Below, piece by piece: positions 53,076 through 61,924 of a DNA stretch of 64,000 nt. The notes under the pieces were generated by a model. The model did no database searches, was not told the origin of the DNA, and worked only from the letters and a program-made list of their open reading frames with translations. Both the position numbers and the translations under genes were made by a program. How positions within the stretch are numbered: the first letter of the stretch is position 1; every line of letters begins with the position of its first letter. The stretch comes from Candidatus Thermochlorobacter sp. (GTDB lineage: Bacteria > Bacteroidota > Chlorobiia > Chlorobiales > Thermochlorobacteraceae). Location of the stretch: NCBI GenBank assembly GCA_046291735.1, contig JBKBSK010000008.1, forward strand, positions 32,313-96,312, written 5' to 3'.

Positions 53076-53865
53076 CAGCAGACTTTTTGTCGTCTTTGTC
53101 GAACTCGACTTTGAGACGTGCGTTCATTTCCTGTTGCACAAATAGTTGTGCTTCAGCTTCACGCATCAGTTCTTCGATTTCGCGCGGCTTAGGCAAATCT
53201 GAAAGCGAACCTAAGTTGAAATAGTCCAAAAATTCTTTGGTTGTGCCATAGAGCAGTGGCTTACCGACACCTTCGCCACGTCCGCAGACTTCAATCAAAT
53301 TGCGCTCTAAGAGCATTCGAATCACATAGTCAGCATTGGTGCCGCGTATGGCTTCAATTTCGGCTTTTGAAATCGGCTGACGGTACGCAATAATTGCCAG
53401 CGTCTCTAATGCCGCTTGTGAAAGCCTGCGCTGCAACTTTGGCTGCATCAGTTTTTGAATCGTGGCATGAAACTGTTTTTCTGTAAGAAATCGATATCCT
53501 TGTGCAATATGGCGAATCCGAAACGTGCGCCCCGTGCGTTCATACTCTTGGTTGAGTTCATCAATCATCTGCTCAATATCCAAATCGGTGAATTTTTCTT
53601 GACCAATCGCTTGACGAATGGTTTTAACCGGTAACGCTTCATCGCTTGCAAAGATTAAGGCTTCAATTTGCTGCTTGCAATCTCGACGAAGCAAAATTTC
53701 TTGCGCGTTCTTTTGACCATCTAAGGCTTCCGCTTGGCTTGCCTCAACGCCATTTTCGTTCTGAGCATCTTTCTGCGCCTGAAGCGCCGCATCTAAAGGT
53801 GCCGCAGTTCCATTTTGCTCATAGCCTTGCGGCGTCTCAAAAGGCATATCGTGTCGCTGTTCCAA
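53059..53865 (-). CDS. scpB: SMC-ScpAB complex subunit ScpB
   Basis: Motifs are IEALIFASDEALPV, ALETLAIIAYRQPISKAEIEAIRG and GRGEGVGKPLLYGTTKEFLDYF. It has a long acidic/Gln-rich N-terminus. No scpA is adjacent. Confidence 0.85.
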   Translation of the reverse strand: MEQRHDMPFETPQGYEQNGTAAPLDAALQAQKDAQNENGVEASQAEALDGQKNAQEILLRRDCKQQIEALIFASDEALPVKTIRQAIGQEKFTDLDIEQMIDELNQEYERTGRTFRIRHIAQGYRFLTEKQFHATIQKLMQPKLQRRLSQAALETLAIIAYRQPISKAEIEAIRGTNADYVIRMLLERNLIEVCGRGEGVGKPLLYGTTKEFLDYFNLGSLSDLPKPREIEELMREAEAQLFVQQEMNARLKVEFDKDDKKSADADED

Positions 53866-53939
53866 GTTTGATTTGGTGTTTGATTTCAGAAAGTTGGTTT
53901 TCAGAGAATTTGACGGCGCAATATAGCGACCTTGATAGC

Positions 53940-54740
53940 TTAGCCCAAGCCTTTGAGTAGCTCTTCAGGCTGACACTCTATGCACGTCCCACTTGCCAGC
54001 GGCTTTGTGTTTAACTCGGGTGGATTGCAGTGCAGATTCAAGCGCAACCCAGCAAAGCCAATTCGCACCAAGCGCTCGACTGTGTAACCGATGGCTTCAA
54101 AGAGTCGGCGCACCTCACGATTTTTGCCTTCACTGAGCGTAAGTTGAATTACTCTGCGGCTTTGCAGTACAATATCATGCGGTTGTGCAATGTAATGCTC
54201 TCCTCTTGCTTTAATTTCTATGCCGCTCTGCAATTGCTGTAAGGCATGGTCTGTTAAGGGTTTGTTTAGCGTAGCAAGGTAAGTTTTTGGCACACCATTT
54301 TCTGGTGCCGTCAGGAAATTAGCAAGGTCATTATCGTTGGTGAAAAGCAACAATCCTTCAGTATCTTTATCCAATCGTCCAACAGCAAATAGTCGCTCCG
54401 TGATATTCTGCTTGGTTAAAAACAGTCGCAAGTCGTCATAGACCGTTGCTCTGCCGTGCTCATCTTTGTGCGTTGTAACCACACCTCTACGCTTATTCAT
54501 GACCACATAGCGCAACGTTGTTTTCGGCAAAGGCGCTTCTATGCCAACAAGTTCAATTTTTGCATTGAGCGCCACCAGCATCTCGGGCGACTGCGCCACT
54601 TTCCCATTGACTTTGACTCTGCCCGACTCAATCCAATGCACAGCTTCTTGGCGTGAACAAATACCTTGCTTCGACATCACGCGTGCCAACGAGCGACGTT
54701 TTACTCCAGCACAATGGTTTATGACTTCTGCTCTTTTCAT
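53940..54740 (-). CDS. RsuA/RluE/RluF-family pseudouridine synthase (second paralog)
   Basis: The S4-like segment is RVMSKQGICSRQEAVHWIESGRVKVNG. The catalytic motif is GRLDKDTEGLLLFTNDN. Confidence 0.8.
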   Translation of the reverse strand: MKRAEVINHCAGVKRRSLARVMSKQGICSRQEAVHWIESGRVKVNGKVAQSPEMLVALNAKIELVGIEAPLPKTTLRYVVMNKRRGVVTTHKDEHGRATVYDDLRLFLTKQNITERLFAVGRLDKDTEGLLLFTNDNDLANFLTAPENGVPKTYLATLNKPLTDHALQQLQSGIEIKARGEHYIAQPHDIVLQSRRVIQLTLSEGKNREVRRLFEAIGYTVERLVRIGFAGLRLNLHCNPPELNTKPLASGTCIECQPEELLKGLG

Positions 54741-54838
54741 GCCTCATCAGAGCGCAAACTCGTCGAGTACTTGCTTAAAGAGTTTATTCGTCCGAGTTTT
54801 TTTGCGGATGCGTGCGCACCGTGCAACTCATGTTTTCT

Positions 54839-56734
54839 TTATGCCACTTCATCGACTTTCTTTTGCGCAAGTGCACGCGCCACTGCCTTGTTCATGACCG
54901 CTTGTGCAAACGGCGTCGTTAGCGCATTTGCTTTTTCTGTCAGCTCTGTGATTTTCTGACGATCACTGCCTTCAACCGCTTGCTTTAAGTCAGCCAGCAC
55001 TGTATAAATTGCTTCTTGTTCGTGCTTAGGCAACTGTGCAAACACCTCAGATTCCTGCGCAATCTGCTTTTCAATTGCCGAAATCATGCCACGCGCTTCT
55101 ACTTGCGCCTCAATCAACAAGCGTTGCTCTACATCTTCTTTGGCATGCGTAAAGCCATCGAGCAGCATTTTTTCGACTTCCTCATCTGTAAGTCCATAAG
55201 TTGGTTTCACCGTAATCGCCTGCTCTTTACCTGTGCGCTGGTCTTTGGCTGAGACGGTAAGCACACCGTCGGCATCAATAGCAAACATCACTAAAATTCT
55301 GGGCATACCTGCAGGCAAAGGCGGCAGCGGTCCTAGCGTAAATTTTGCCAGACTGCGATTGTCTTTAGCAAGTTCGCGTTCACCTTGCAAAATGTGAATG
55401 TCTATACCGGTTTGGTTATCGACAGAGGTGGTAAATTCCTGTGCGACTTTAATCGGCACTTTGGTATTGCGTGGAATAATTGGCACAAACACGCCGCCAA
55501 CGGTCTCAATGCCCAGTGAAAGCGGCGTAATGTCCAAGAGCAGCACATCATCGGTATCCCCTGAAATGACGCCGGCTTGCACTGCTGCACCGAGTGCGAC
55601 CACTTCCTCGGGATTGAGTGAATCGTAAGGTTTCTTGCCGCCGAAAATCTCCGAGACAAATTTCTTGACAAAGGGTGTGCGTGTTGAGCCGCCGACAAGC
55701 ACGACTGCGTCAATTTCGCTTGCAGAAAGCCCAGCATCTTTGAGGGCTTTGAGGCAAGGCTGCTTTGTGCGCTCTACAACGGGCAAAATGATTTGCTCAA
55801 ATTCTTCGCGCGATATCTTGCGCTCAAAGTTTTGTCCGCAAATATCCACATGTAGCGTTGCTTCAGGCTTGTCGGTTAGCTCGCGTTTGACACGCTCAGA
55901 CTCAAGGCGCAAGCGCTGCTTGATTTGGGTATTGGAGAAAATATCGAACCTGTAAGTCTCTTGAATTTCTTTTGCCATGACTGCCAGCAAGGCTTGGTCT
56001 AGGTCATCGCCGCCAAGGTGTGTGTCGCCATTGGTAGAGAGCACATCAAAAATGCCATCTTCGAGTTTTAAGATGGAAATATCAAATGTGCCTCCGCCAA
56101 GATCATAGACTGCAATCGTGCCATTTTTGGTTTTGTCTAAGCCATAGGCTAAGGCAGCGGCAGTTGGTTCATTGACAATGCGCAAGACTTCCAAGCCTGC
56201 AAGTTTGCCTGCGTCTTTGGTGGCTTGGCGTTGTGCATCGTTGAAATACGCTGGGACTGTAATTACAGCTTTTGTGACAGGCTCTTCGAAGTAATCGTCC
56301 GCCCATCGCTTGAGTTCGCGCAAAATCATCGCCGAGATTTCAATCGGTGTAAAGTAGCGCGTTTCCTTGCCGTTGCTAATTTCAATTTTGCAAACACGCT
56401 CCGACTCACTTTCGCTGATGCGGTAATTTAGGCGCGGCAGTTCTTCTCTGACATCGCTAAAGGATTTTCCCATCAAGCGCTTGACTGAATAGACCACACG
56501 ACCGGGATGCTCCGAGAGCAATTCTTTTGCAGCGGTGCCTACAATCGGCGTAAAATCTTCACTAAAATAGACCACAGAGGGCACAATGCGTTCTTTGGTG
56601 TACTTGTTGGAGATAATCGCTGGGCTATCGCCGTGCATATAAGCCACAAGGCTATTGGTCGTACCTAAGTCAATACCAATGATGCGTTCTTTTTTGATGG
56701 TACCTGTGCGAATGTCAATTGGAATCGTCGCCAT
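54839..56734 (-). CDS. Hsp70-family chaperone, HscA-like
   Basis: Motifs are [13 protein letters not shown] (the SLVA variant typical of HscA rather than DnaK), [21 protein letters not shown] and [12 protein letters not shown]. The product is 631 aa. No hscB, isc, dnaJ or grpE gene lies within the window. Confidence 0.75.
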   Translation of the reverse strand: MATIPIDIRTGTIKKERIIGIDLGTTNSLVAYMHGDSPAIISNKYTKERIVPSVVYFSEDFTPIVGTAAKELLSEHPGRVVYSVKRLMGKSFSDVREELPRLNYRISESESERVCKIEISNGKETRYFTPIEISAMILRELKRWADDYFEEPVTKAVITVPAYFNDAQRQATKDAGKLAGLEVLRIVNEPTAAALAYGLDKTKNGTIAVYDLGGGTFDISILKLEDGIFDVLSTNGDTHLGGDDLDQALLAVMAKEIQETYRFDIFSNTQIKQRLRLESERVKRELTDKPEATLHVDICGQNFERKISREEFEQIILPVVERTKQPCLKALKDAGLSASEIDAVVLVGGSTRTPFVKKFVSEIFGGKKPYDSLNPEEVVALGAAVQAGVISGDTDDVLLLDITPLSLGIETVGGVFVPIIPRNTKVPIKVAQEFTTSVDNQTGIDIHILQGERELAKDNRSLAKFTLGPLPPLPAGMPRILVMFAIDADGVLTVSAKDQRTGKEQAITVKPTYGLTDEEVEKMLLDGFTHAKEDVEQRLLIEAQVEARGMISAIEKQIAQESEVFAQLPKHEQEAIYTVLADLKQAVEGSDRQKITELTEKANALTTPFAQAVMNKAVARALAQKKVDEVA

Positions 56735-56972
56735 ACTTTTTGAATTAAAGTTGATGAAATTTGTTAAAGTAACGACAGAGTTAGGTCAAATCGTTGCAGC
56801 ATGATGTCGTTTCATTGCCTGCTTTGTGCGTGTGCTCGTTTTGACATGCTAGTAGCCGCTGTGGGAGAGCTTGCACTTAGCGCCAGAATAAGAACACGTA
56901 GAGCATGAAGTTATTTTCAAAGGTGAGCAAGGTTGAAAGCTATCAAAGTCAGTCGGTTACTGGTTCTTATTG

Positions 56973-58886
56973 CTATTCACGTTTTTTAATCGTAAAATGA
57001 AATTCAGCGCCTTTGCCCGGTTCAGATTGAATCCAGATTTTACCTCCGTATTGCTCCACGATTTTTTTGACGATAGCAAGTCCAACACCGGAACCGGGTT
57101 GGTCGCTTTCGCCACGCTCGAAGAGTCGAAAGACTTTCTCGAAATCTTTTTGTGCAATACCAATGCCATTATCTTTGACCACGATTTCATGCATCTCGGG
57201 GTGGTCAATAGCATAAACGGATATACATGGGTCTTTGACACGCGCAGTGTATCGGATAGCGTTGCCAATGAGGTTTGTCATTACCTGCTCCAAGCGTCGA
57301 CGTGGAAAGTGCACAGCAGGTAAATCCGGCGAGATGTTAATTTTAGCACGCTGCGTCTCAATATGGCCACGATAGTTTTCAATGATAGAGGACATCATTT
57401 CGTAGAGATAAATTACATCCATCTTGACGGTCTCACGCCCGACGCGCGACAGTTCCAAGAGTTCCATAATCATATCTTCCATCACCTTCGCATTGTAGCG
57501 AATGCGCTCTAGTGCAAATCGTGCTTCATATTGCATCTTATCGTAGTAAAGCTCTTGCACTTGTGAAGCAAAGCCTTGAATAGAAATTAGCGGGGCTTTG
57601 AGGTCATGTGAGACGGAGTAGACGAATTGTTCGAGTTCTGCATTTTTTTCAGCCAGTGTTTTATTGGCTTGCGCAAGCGCATCTCCAAGCTTTTTACGAT
57701 AAAGTCCCTCTGCTAGTTCACTGGCAAGAATGCGTGCCAAGCGTTTATCATCTTCTGAAAATCGCCGCTGATGCAGTGAAAGAATCTGTAGCACACCTTG
57801 CAATTGTTCTGCTGCAATGAGGGGCACACTAAATAGGCTCCGACCTGCCACGTGTATCAAATACTCTTCAACATCTTTCAAGCGTGGCTCTTTAAGTACA
57901 TCTTCGACAAAAATTTCTGATTTTGTTCTTACCACTTCTGGCGCAATGCCCTTTGCAGGCTCTTTTGTCGTATAAACTTGTGCACTTTCAGGCAAGTTGT
58001 ACTCGTTAGAGTGTGCTAAGAACAGTTTTTTTGTTGCCTCATCGTATCGGTACAGCAAGAGAAACGCTGGTTCAAAGAGTGAGCGCAGTTCTTTTGAGAC
58101 CCGCTCAGCAACTTCAGCAAGCGTTTCGGACTGATTAAAAATTTCGCTGACTTTGATGACGACTTCACGCTCTAAGCGAGAGCGTTTTTCCAGTGTTACA
58201 TCTTGCATCAAAATTTTGAATCCGCCCGAGATAGGCATCGTTCCGAAAATCAGCGGTGAAAACTCTGCTTTGAAGAAGTGTGTCTCGCCTGCAAGATCAT
58301 CAAGTGAGAGTTCTATTTGCGAAAGTTCGCCTGATTGTGTCGCCTGTGCTGCTTTCATAAAGCGCTCGACATCATCGGTCTGCAGTCGACTAATCAAATT
58401 AAACTCTTGCAAACTGTTTCTATCCCAACCGAAAAAGATCTCTACTGCACGATTCACCTCGATGACGCGGTAGTCAGCTGTGCAAATGAAAATCAGTTCG
58501 GCTGTAGAATCAAAGAGACTGCGGTACTGCAACTCTGCAAACAGCAATTCTTCTGTGCGCCGCTTGACGGTTTCAGATAAAGATTCATTGTAGAGTTGCA
58601 GCCGATTATTGGCGTCATTGAGCGACTCGGTCGCTTTCTGCAGCGACTCTGCCAGCTCACGATTGCGCTTGACGACACGATACACGACGCTTCCAATTAC
58701 TGCACCGATCAATGTTCCTCCTAAAAAAGCCAGTAAAATCGTGACAGTTTCTGGGAAGTTGAGGTAGATGAGCGACACACTGAAGACCAGTGCCCCGAGC
58801 ATGCATAGAAAGAAGGCAAATAACCCGAGTTGTACTTCATTGCGCTTAAAAGCTGTGCGCAGGGTATTGACCACTCTTTCCAACAT
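56973..58886 (-). CDS. membrane sensor histidine kinase (2TM-coiled coil-PAS-GAF-HisKA-HATPase)
   Basis: It has two N-terminal TM helices, an H-box FVYSVSHDLKAPL, N/G boxes LIGNAIRY and GSGVGLAIVKKIV. No response regulator is adjacent. It starts 7 nt after the MoxR stop. Confidence 0.88.
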   Translation of the reverse strand: MLERVVNTLRTAFKRNEVQLGLFAFFLCMLGALVFSVSLIYLNFPETVTILLAFLGGTLIGAVIGSVVYRVVKRNRELAESLQKATESLNDANNRLQLYNESLSETVKRRTEELLFAELQYRSLFDSTAELIFICTADYRVIEVNRAVEIFFGWDRNSLQEFNLISRLQTDDVERFMKAAQATQSGELSQIELSLDDLAGETHFFKAEFSPLIFGTMPISGGFKILMQDVTLEKRSRLEREVVIKVSEIFNQSETLAEVAERVSKELRSLFEPAFLLLYRYDEATKKLFLAHSNEYNLPESAQVYTTKEPAKGIAPEVVRTKSEIFVEDVLKEPRLKDVEEYLIHVAGRSLFSVPLIAAEQLQGVLQILSLHQRRFSEDDKRLARILASELAEGLYRKKLGDALAQANKTLAEKNAELEQFVYSVSHDLKAPLISIQGFASQVQELYYDKMQYEARFALERIRYNAKVMEDMIMELLELSRVGRETVKMDVIYLYEMMSSIIENYRGHIETQRAKINISPDLPAVHFPRRRLEQVMTNLIGNAIRYTARVKDPCISVYAIDHPEMHEIVVKDNGIGIAQKDFEKVFRLFERGESDQPGSGVGLAIVKKIVEQYGGKIWIQSEPGKGAEFHFTIKKRE

Positions 58887-58893
58887 CTCTCTA

Positions 58894-59877
58894 TCATGTT
58901 TTGGTCAAAGCCGCCACAATCGTCTCCGGTTTGATGCCCTCTGATTCTGCGCTGAAATTCGTCAGTAATCGATGCCGCAGCACAGGCAAGGCAACTGCCT
59001 GCACGTCAGCAATGTCGGGAGTGTAGCGACCAAAGAGCAAACAGCGCGCTTTTGCTCCCAAAATCAAATACTGTGAGGCGCGCGGACCTGCCCCCCAACT
59101 GACAAACTGCTTAATCATTTTGTCGTCAGTGCTTTGCGGACGTGTTTTGCTCGCTAGCCTTACCGCATACTCGATGACATGGTCTGAGACTGGTACATCG
59201 CGCACGAGTTTTTGAAACATAAGAATCTTCTCGGCATTCATCACCTTCTGTAGCACAGGCTTCTCGGAGGAAGTCGTTGCCTTGACAATGGCTTTTTCTT
59301 CCTCAAACGAAGGATAATCAATCCATAGATTGAACATAAAGCGATCGAGCTGTGCTTCAGGTAAGGGATATGTGCCTTCTTGCTCGACAGGGTTTTGTGT
59401 TGCTAAAACGAAGAACGGCTCAGGTAGTGCATAGCGCTTGCCTGCTGAGGTAACTTGATGCTCCTGCATGGCTTCAAGCAGAGCGGCTTGTGTTTTCGGC
59501 GGCGTACGGTTGATTTCATCGGCTAAAACCACGCTTGCAAACAGCGGACCCTGAATAAACTTGAAAAACTTCTTGCCTGTCTCATGATCTTCCTCCAAAA
59601 TTTCTGTACCCGTGATATCCGATGGCATGAGATCGGGCGTGAATTGAATCCGGCTAAAACTTAAGTCCAAAACTTTGGCAAAAGTTGAAACCAGCAATGT
59701 CTTGGCTAGACCGGGCACACCTACCATTAGGCAGTGACCGCGAGCCAGAATTGTCATCATAAGTTGCTCAATGATATCATCTTGCCCGATGATAACTTTG
59801 TGAATTTCAGCTTTAAGTGTCTTGTATGACGCTGCCAGTTCTTCTGCAAGCGCCAGTGTTGGCGTTGATGGTTGCAT
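58894..59877 (-). CDS. MoxR-family AAA+ ATPase
   Basis: Motifs are GHCLMVGVPGLAKT (Walker A), FTPDLMPSDITG and VLADEINRTPPKTQAALLEAMQE (Walker B region). I placed the start at ATG 59877 to avoid overlapping the upstream gene. Confidence 0.85.
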   Translation of the reverse strand: MQPSTPTLALAEELAASYKTLKAEIHKVIIGQDDIIEQLMMTILARGHCLMVGVPGLAKTLLVSTFAKVLDLSFSRIQFTPDLMPSDITGTEILEEDHETGKKFFKFIQGPLFASVVLADEINRTPPKTQAALLEAMQEHQVTSAGKRYALPEPFFVLATQNPVEQEGTYPLPEAQLDRFMFNLWIDYPSFEEEKAIVKATTSSEKPVLQKVMNAEKILMFQKLVRDVPVSDHVIEYAVRLASKTRPQSTDDKMIKQFVSWGAGPRASQYLILGAKARCLLFGRYTPDIADVQAVALPVLRHRLLTNFSAESEGIKPETIVAALTKT

Positions 59878-59971
59878 GGATTTGAATGAGTTAAAGCGCG
59901 CCAGTCTGCGGGCTTTGCGCGTCGTTTTGACGAATGCTTGAGACGCAACACACCGCCTGCTACGCAAGAGG

Positions 59972-61354
59972 CTATTGATTGTTACTGCTGTCGGGCGCGA
60001 CAAGGTCACCAAACCCCTCTAAGTCCGCACGCACAGCGTCAGCGTCGCCAGCGACAACATACGTCAAGCAACTAGGATGAATATACATTTTTGCCGCATT
60101 AGACACATCGTCGAGTGTCAAGCGTTGCAGTTGTTCGACATACACATTGAAGTAGTCTTTGCTCAGTCCATAGAGTTCAATCGTGGCAAGGCGACTGAGA
60201 ATGGTCTCAGGCGATTCGTTTTGAATAATGAAGTTGCCTGCAATGTAGTTCTTAGCAGCTTGAAGTTCTTCTTCACTTACGCCATACTCAATGATTGCTT
60301 GAAGTTCGCTGAGAATATCTTGTAAAGCCTGCTTGGTTACTTCTTTGCGCACCTGCGTGAAAATGTAAAAATCTCCGAGTTCTCGCTTAGCATCAAAGGC
60401 GCTACGGATGTTGTAAGTATAGCCACGCTGCTCACGCAGCCTGAGATTGAGGCGCGAGCCGAAGTAGCCTCCAAGCATCATGTTCATCACATAGCACTTT
60501 AGGTAGTCTGGGTGAGCACGCGCAATAGAAAGATGCCCAAGCATCAGCACCGATTGTACAGCACCCTCTTTCTGCACTAAAATCACACGCGGTGCATCAG
60601 GACGCGTAGGAATAGGAAAATCGCTTGTTACAAGCGCCTTAGCCGACCACTCACCAAATGCCTTAGCCAGTTTTTCAACAATCTCTTGCGTTTTGACATC
60701 GCCTGCGACAACCATGAAACTGTTGTTCGGCACGACATACGCCTCATAAAACCCAACAATTGCCTCGCGCGTCAGGGCTTGAAGTGCTTCCTGCGTGCCC
60801 AGCATCGGTTGTGAATACGGGTGCGGTTGATAGATTGCTTTTGTAAATGCATCACTGGCTAAGCGCGTTGCGTCGGATTTCGAAAAGCGCAGACGATTCA
60901 GACTTTGTTGGCGTACAAACTCAAGTTCTTTTTCTTCAAAGGTTGGATTTAGCACCACATCGCTCATCAATGCCAGCCCTTGGTCTAAATACTTGGTCAT
61001 CACTGAAAGCGACACCGATGCGCTGTCAAGCCCTGCAAAAGTTCCAAGTTCTGCACCCAGTAAATCAGCTTCATTGGCAATTTGCTCAGCACTACGTGAG
61101 CGCGTGCCTTGCATCAACAGCGCAAAAGTAAACATAGAGGCTTTTTGATGCTCACCATCATACAACGACCCTGCACGACTGTAGAGGCGTATAGAGACCA
61201 CAGGCGTATCATGTTGCTCATAGACCATAATTTTCAGACCATTTGGCAGCACGGCTTCATGCCAAACTGGGAAACTGGCACGGATTGGAGATTTTGGTTG
61301 TGGCGGTTGAGAACGGTCGAGAAAGGGCTGCGAAGTGAGCGGCGTGTCGATCAT
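59972..61354 (-). CDS. M16 (pitrilysin) family protein lacking the HxxEH zinc motif (non-catalytic type)
   Basis: It has the two-lobe M16 pattern (LPNGLKIMVYEQHDTPVVSIRLY.RAGS...). At the position of the HxxEH motif the sequence is MFTFALLMQGT. No partner M16 gene is adjacent. Confidence 0.75.
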   Translation of the reverse strand: MIDTPLTSQPFLDRSQPPQPKSPIRASFPVWHEAVLPNGLKIMVYEQHDTPVVSIRLYSRAGSLYDGEHQKASMFTFALLMQGTRSRSAEQIANEADLLGAELGTFAGLDSASVSLSVMTKYLDQGLALMSDVVLNPTFEEKELEFVRQQSLNRLRFSKSDATRLASDAFTKAIYQPHPYSQPMLGTQEALQALTREAIVGFYEAYVVPNNSFMVVAGDVKTQEIVEKLAKAFGEWSAKALVTSDFPIPTRPDAPRVILVQKEGAVQSVLMLGHLSIARAHPDYLKCYVMNMMLGGYFGSRLNLRLREQRGYTYNIRSAFDAKRELGDFYIFTQVRKEVTKQALQDILSELQAIIEYGVSEEELQAAKNYIAGNFIIQNESPETILSRLATIELYGLSKDYFNVYVEQLQRLTLDDVSNAAKMYIHPSCLTYVVAGDADAVRADLEGFGDLVAPDSSNNQ

Positions 61355-61426
61355 CGGGTTAATGTCGTTTGGCGGTTAGAAACTCCTGAACTTTGGCGAG
61401 GCATTTGCACAAAGCATCAAAAGCGC

Positions 61427-61460
61427 AATAAAAAATGAAAGCCGCTTTGAACATAGCGGC
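61427..61460 (-). terminator. rho-independent terminator after the tRNA pair
   Basis: On the minus strand the hairpin GCCGCT-atgttcaa-AGCGGC is followed by TTTCATTTTTTATT. Confidence 0.7.
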
Positions 61461-61470
61461 TCTTTGGGCG

Positions 61471-61552
61471 TGCGCGGGAGGAGATTTGAACTCCTACGCC
61501 TCGCGGCGCTACCACCTCAAAGTAGTGCGTCTACCAATTCCGCCACCCGCGC
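61471..61552 (-). tRNA. tRNA-Leu (anticodon GAG)
   Basis: Hand-folded from GCGCGGGTGGCGGAATTGGTAGACGCACTACTTTGAGGTGGTAGCGCCGCGAGGCGTAGGAGTTCAAATCTCCTCCCGCGCA. The acceptor stem is 7 bp and the D-loop is Leu-type (GGAATTGGTAGAC). The anticodon stem is CUACU/GGUAG with loop UUGAGGU. It has a long variable arm (CGCC-GCGA-GGCG) and T-arm AGGAG/CTCCT. CCA is not encoded. Confidence 0.9.
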
Positions 61553-61596
61553 AGTTTGGCTGCCACTGGCAGCCGCCGTCCTTTGGAGAGGAACTG

Positions 61597-61669
61597 TGAG
61601 CATAGATGGACTCGAACCATCGACCCTCTCATTAAAAGTGAGATGCTCTACCAACTGAGCTATATGCTC
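61597..61669 (-). tRNA. tRNA-Lys (anticodon UUU)
   Basis: Hand-folded from GAGCATATAGCTCAGTTGGTAGAGCATCTCACTTTTAATGAGAGGGTCGATGGTTCGAGTCCATCTATGCTCA. The acceptor stem is GAGCATA/TATGCTC. The anticodon stem is TCTCA/TGAGA with loop CTTTTAA. The T-arm is GATGG/CCATC. Length is 73 nt. Confidence 0.92.
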
Positions 61670-61758
61670 ATCCATTTAGCTGCTTGCGCAGCTTAGTCAA
61701 GGAATTTGTAAGATACGAAACTTCAAAAAAACTTACAAAGTTTTCTTTGCACTTGCGC

Positions 61759-61866
61759 TTACTTGTTAGCGTATCTCAAACGCTTCTTATGGCGATTCTT
61801 GCGGCGTCTTTTTTTGCGCTTGTGCGTCGCCATCTTATGACGCTTGCGCTTTTTTCCACAAGGCAT
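61759..61866 (-). CDS. 35-aa Lys/Arg-rich protein, probable very small ribosomal protein (bS22 / AURKAIP1-COX24-like type)
   Basis: It is not in the ORF track because it is under 60 aa. Hand translation gives MPCGKKRKRHKMATHKRKKRRRKNRHKKRLRYANK, ending at a stop. This closely resembles the MPSGKKRKRHKMATHKRKK... peptides that I recall as conserved in Bacteroidota-group genomes. The family name is from memory and is uncertain. Confidence 0.55.
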   Translation of the reverse strand: MPCGKKRKRHKMATHKRKKRRRKNRHKKRLRYANK

Positions 61867-61924
61867 TTGTTCTTGTTTTCAGTTAGTTTTCAAAAAATCG
61901 GGCTGCAAAGATAGGCTCTCGTCG

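Noticed and set aside
61464-61658. A 64-aa plus-strand ORF in the ORF track.
   Set aside because: It is the antisense read-through of the tRNA-Leu and tRNA-Lys genes, whose cloverleaves fold perfectly on the minus strand.
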